From: Minisyncoccota bacterium
GTDB taxonomy: Bacteria; Patescibacteriota; Minisyncoccia; Phycocordibacterales; UBA2100
Length of the DNA stretch: 64,000 bases
Direction of reading: 5' to 3'
Assembly (NCBI GenBank): GCA_031291875.1
Contig: JARLIE010000040.1
Coordinates: forward strand, 132,088-196,087
Each line of letters starts with the position of its first letter. Position 1 is the first letter of the stretch. The notes under the pieces are model-generated. The model saw only the letters and a list, made by a program, of their open reading frames with translations. It was not told where the DNA came from and did no database searches. The position numbers and the translations under genes were made by a program. Of this stretch, positions 62,601 through 64,000 are shown one piece after another.

Positions 62601-63329
62601 ATGACCGGTATTCGTATTCTTATGTATCACTCGATTTCCGATTCGTCGGAATTCTTTTCCGTGACGTCGAGCGAGTTTGAGTGGCAAATGCGGCTCTTGC
62701 GACAACGTAACGTAGAGAGTGTCTTTGCGTCTCAAATACCAACCGTCTTAAAAGAGGGCAGATCAAATATCGTATGTGTCACGTTTGATGACGGGTATGA
62801 AGATATGTACTCGCACGCTTTTCCGATCTTGCAACGTTACGCCATTAAGGCCACAGGGTTTGTGATTACAGATATTCTCGGGAAGAGTTATCACAATTCG
62901 AACGGAGCGGAGTTTCCAGTTCTGACCGAAAACCAGATCCAGGAGATGCTTGCTTCAGGACTTGTTGAGTTCATGCCACACACCCAATCACACCAAAATC
63001 TTGATGAAGTGTCACTTGAAGCCGCCATTGAAGAAATCGAAGGGTCTCGAAAAAAAATCGAGTCGTTAACTGGAAAAACAGCGGCTGTGTTCGCATATCC
63101 GCGGGGTAGATTCACGCATTCGATTGTGGAGCATCTAAGAAACAACTGGAGCGCTGCCGTTACTGTTGAGCGTGGCATAGCGACAGCGTCTGACGACTTG
63201 TTCCTTTTGCCACGTATCGCAATTGACGCGGTGACAACACGGCGTGCGTTTCGGGCGGCGCTCGACGGATCACTCGGCAAGTATCGATTGTTAAAATCAC
63301 TGAAGGCCCATACTGGGATCTCGCTCTAG
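62601..63329 (+). CDS. Polysaccharide deacetylase (CE4)
   Basis: ILMYH, TFDDGY, HTQSH, FAYPRG. Confidence 0.92.
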   Translation: MTGIRILMYHSISDSSEFFSVTSSEFEWQMRLLRQRNVESVFASQIPTVLKEGRSNIVCVTFDDGYEDMYSHAFPILQRYAIKATGFVITDILGKSYHNSNGAEFPVLTENQIQEMLASGLVEFMPHTQSHQNLDEVSLEAAIEEIEGSRKKIESLTGKTAAVFAYPRGRFTHSIVEHLRNNWSAAVTVERGIATASDDLFLLPRIAIDAVTTRRAFRAALDGSLGKYRLLKSLKAHTGISL

Positions 63330-63331
63330 AT

Positions 63332-64000
63332 ATGGAAATTCTGTATATCGCCAATGTCAGAATGCCAACCAGCAAAGCTCACGGTCTTACGATTGTACGC
63401 TCGTGCGCAGCGTTCGCCCGTGCGGGGACACCCACCACTTTGGTCATGCCGCTGCTAAAAACCCATAAAGAGGGAACTGTGTTTGAAATGTACGGTATAG
63501 AGCCTTCATTCAAAATTCGATACCTTTTTGTTATCGATTTTTTGCGTTTCGGAGGTGGCCGCATTGCCTTTTGGCTTCGGCTTCTGAATTTCTATCTGAG
63601 TGTTTTTTTATATTTACTATTTCACCCTCGTCGCGGAACTATACTTTATACGCGCGAAGCACCACTTATTATACTTTCGTATTTCGGTTTTCGGGTCGTA
63701 TACGAATGTCACCACATATTTGATCGCAGCAACGGTTTCTTCTGGTTATGTCGCAAGGCGTTTGCGATTGTCACCATTTCACAAGCCCTCAAGGATAGTT
63801 TTCTAGAACAGGGATTGACTACGGATAGTATTCTGGTCGCCCCAAGCGGGGTTGACCTTAGTTTGTTTGGTCGTCAAATCGATAAAGAAGCAGCTCGACG
63901 GGAATTGGGGTTGCCGATGGAGCAGCATATTGCACTCTACACTGGTAATTTCACGACAATGGGTGAAGACAAAGGAATCAGGTCGATTATTGAGGCGCTT
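63332..64000 (+). CDS. Glycosyltransferase family 4 (partial, runs off the window)
   Basis: MEILYIANVRMPTSKAHG..VAPSGVDL..LYTGNF, read manually. Confidence 0.85.
   Translation, partial: MEILYIANVRMPTSKAHGLTIVRSCAAFARAGTPTTLVMPLLKTHKEGTVFEMYGIEPSFKIRYLFVIDFLRFGGGRIAFWLRLLNFYLSVFLYLLFHPRRGTILYTREAPLIILSYFGFRVVYECHHIFDRSNGFFWLCRKAFAIVTISQALKDSFLEQGLTTDSILVAPSGVDLSLFGRQIDKEAARRELGLPMEQHIALYTGNFTTMGEDKGIRSIIEAL

Overview
Chromosomal segment of a Patescibacteria (CPR) bacterium, most likely Parcubacteria (Kaiserbacteria-like). This is inferred from the divergent rRNAs, the CPR-typical conserved hypothetical genes and the gene neighbourhoods. Housekeeping content: recA (partial), ftsK, an S-layer-like surface protein, rplJ-rplL, rodA, folD, secDF, murA/C/D, rsmI, rdgB, nrdB(ATP-cone)-nrdA, a VirD4/HerA-like ATPase, two tRNAs and a glycosylation cluster that runs off the right end. 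The rRNA genes are unlinked: 23S-5S at about 19.1-22.3 kb and 16S at about 36.2-37.7 kb, each with its own promoter and processing stem. The most striking signal is in translation initiation. The 16S 3' end lacks the CCUCC anti-Shine-Dalgarno, and about 18 core genes have a -10 hexamer 6-7 nt before ATG (leaderless architecture). Yet about 13 small orphan genes carry textbook SD motifs, most as stand-alone promoter/ORF/terminator cassettes and several with rRNA-type boxA-like sequences. A displaced 16S trailer (UUGACCUUUC) is perfectly complementary to the leader of the S-layer-like gene. Other notable items: a helical-bundle/wHTH gene with arrays of one motif in its promoter and inside its own CDS, a probable remote DGR target after tRNA-Leu, a three-gene toxin-antitoxin module beside a duplicated 5S half, and a stand-alone LeuA regulatory domain. 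All calls were made by eye without database searches. Several start codons are re-assigned relative to the ORF track.
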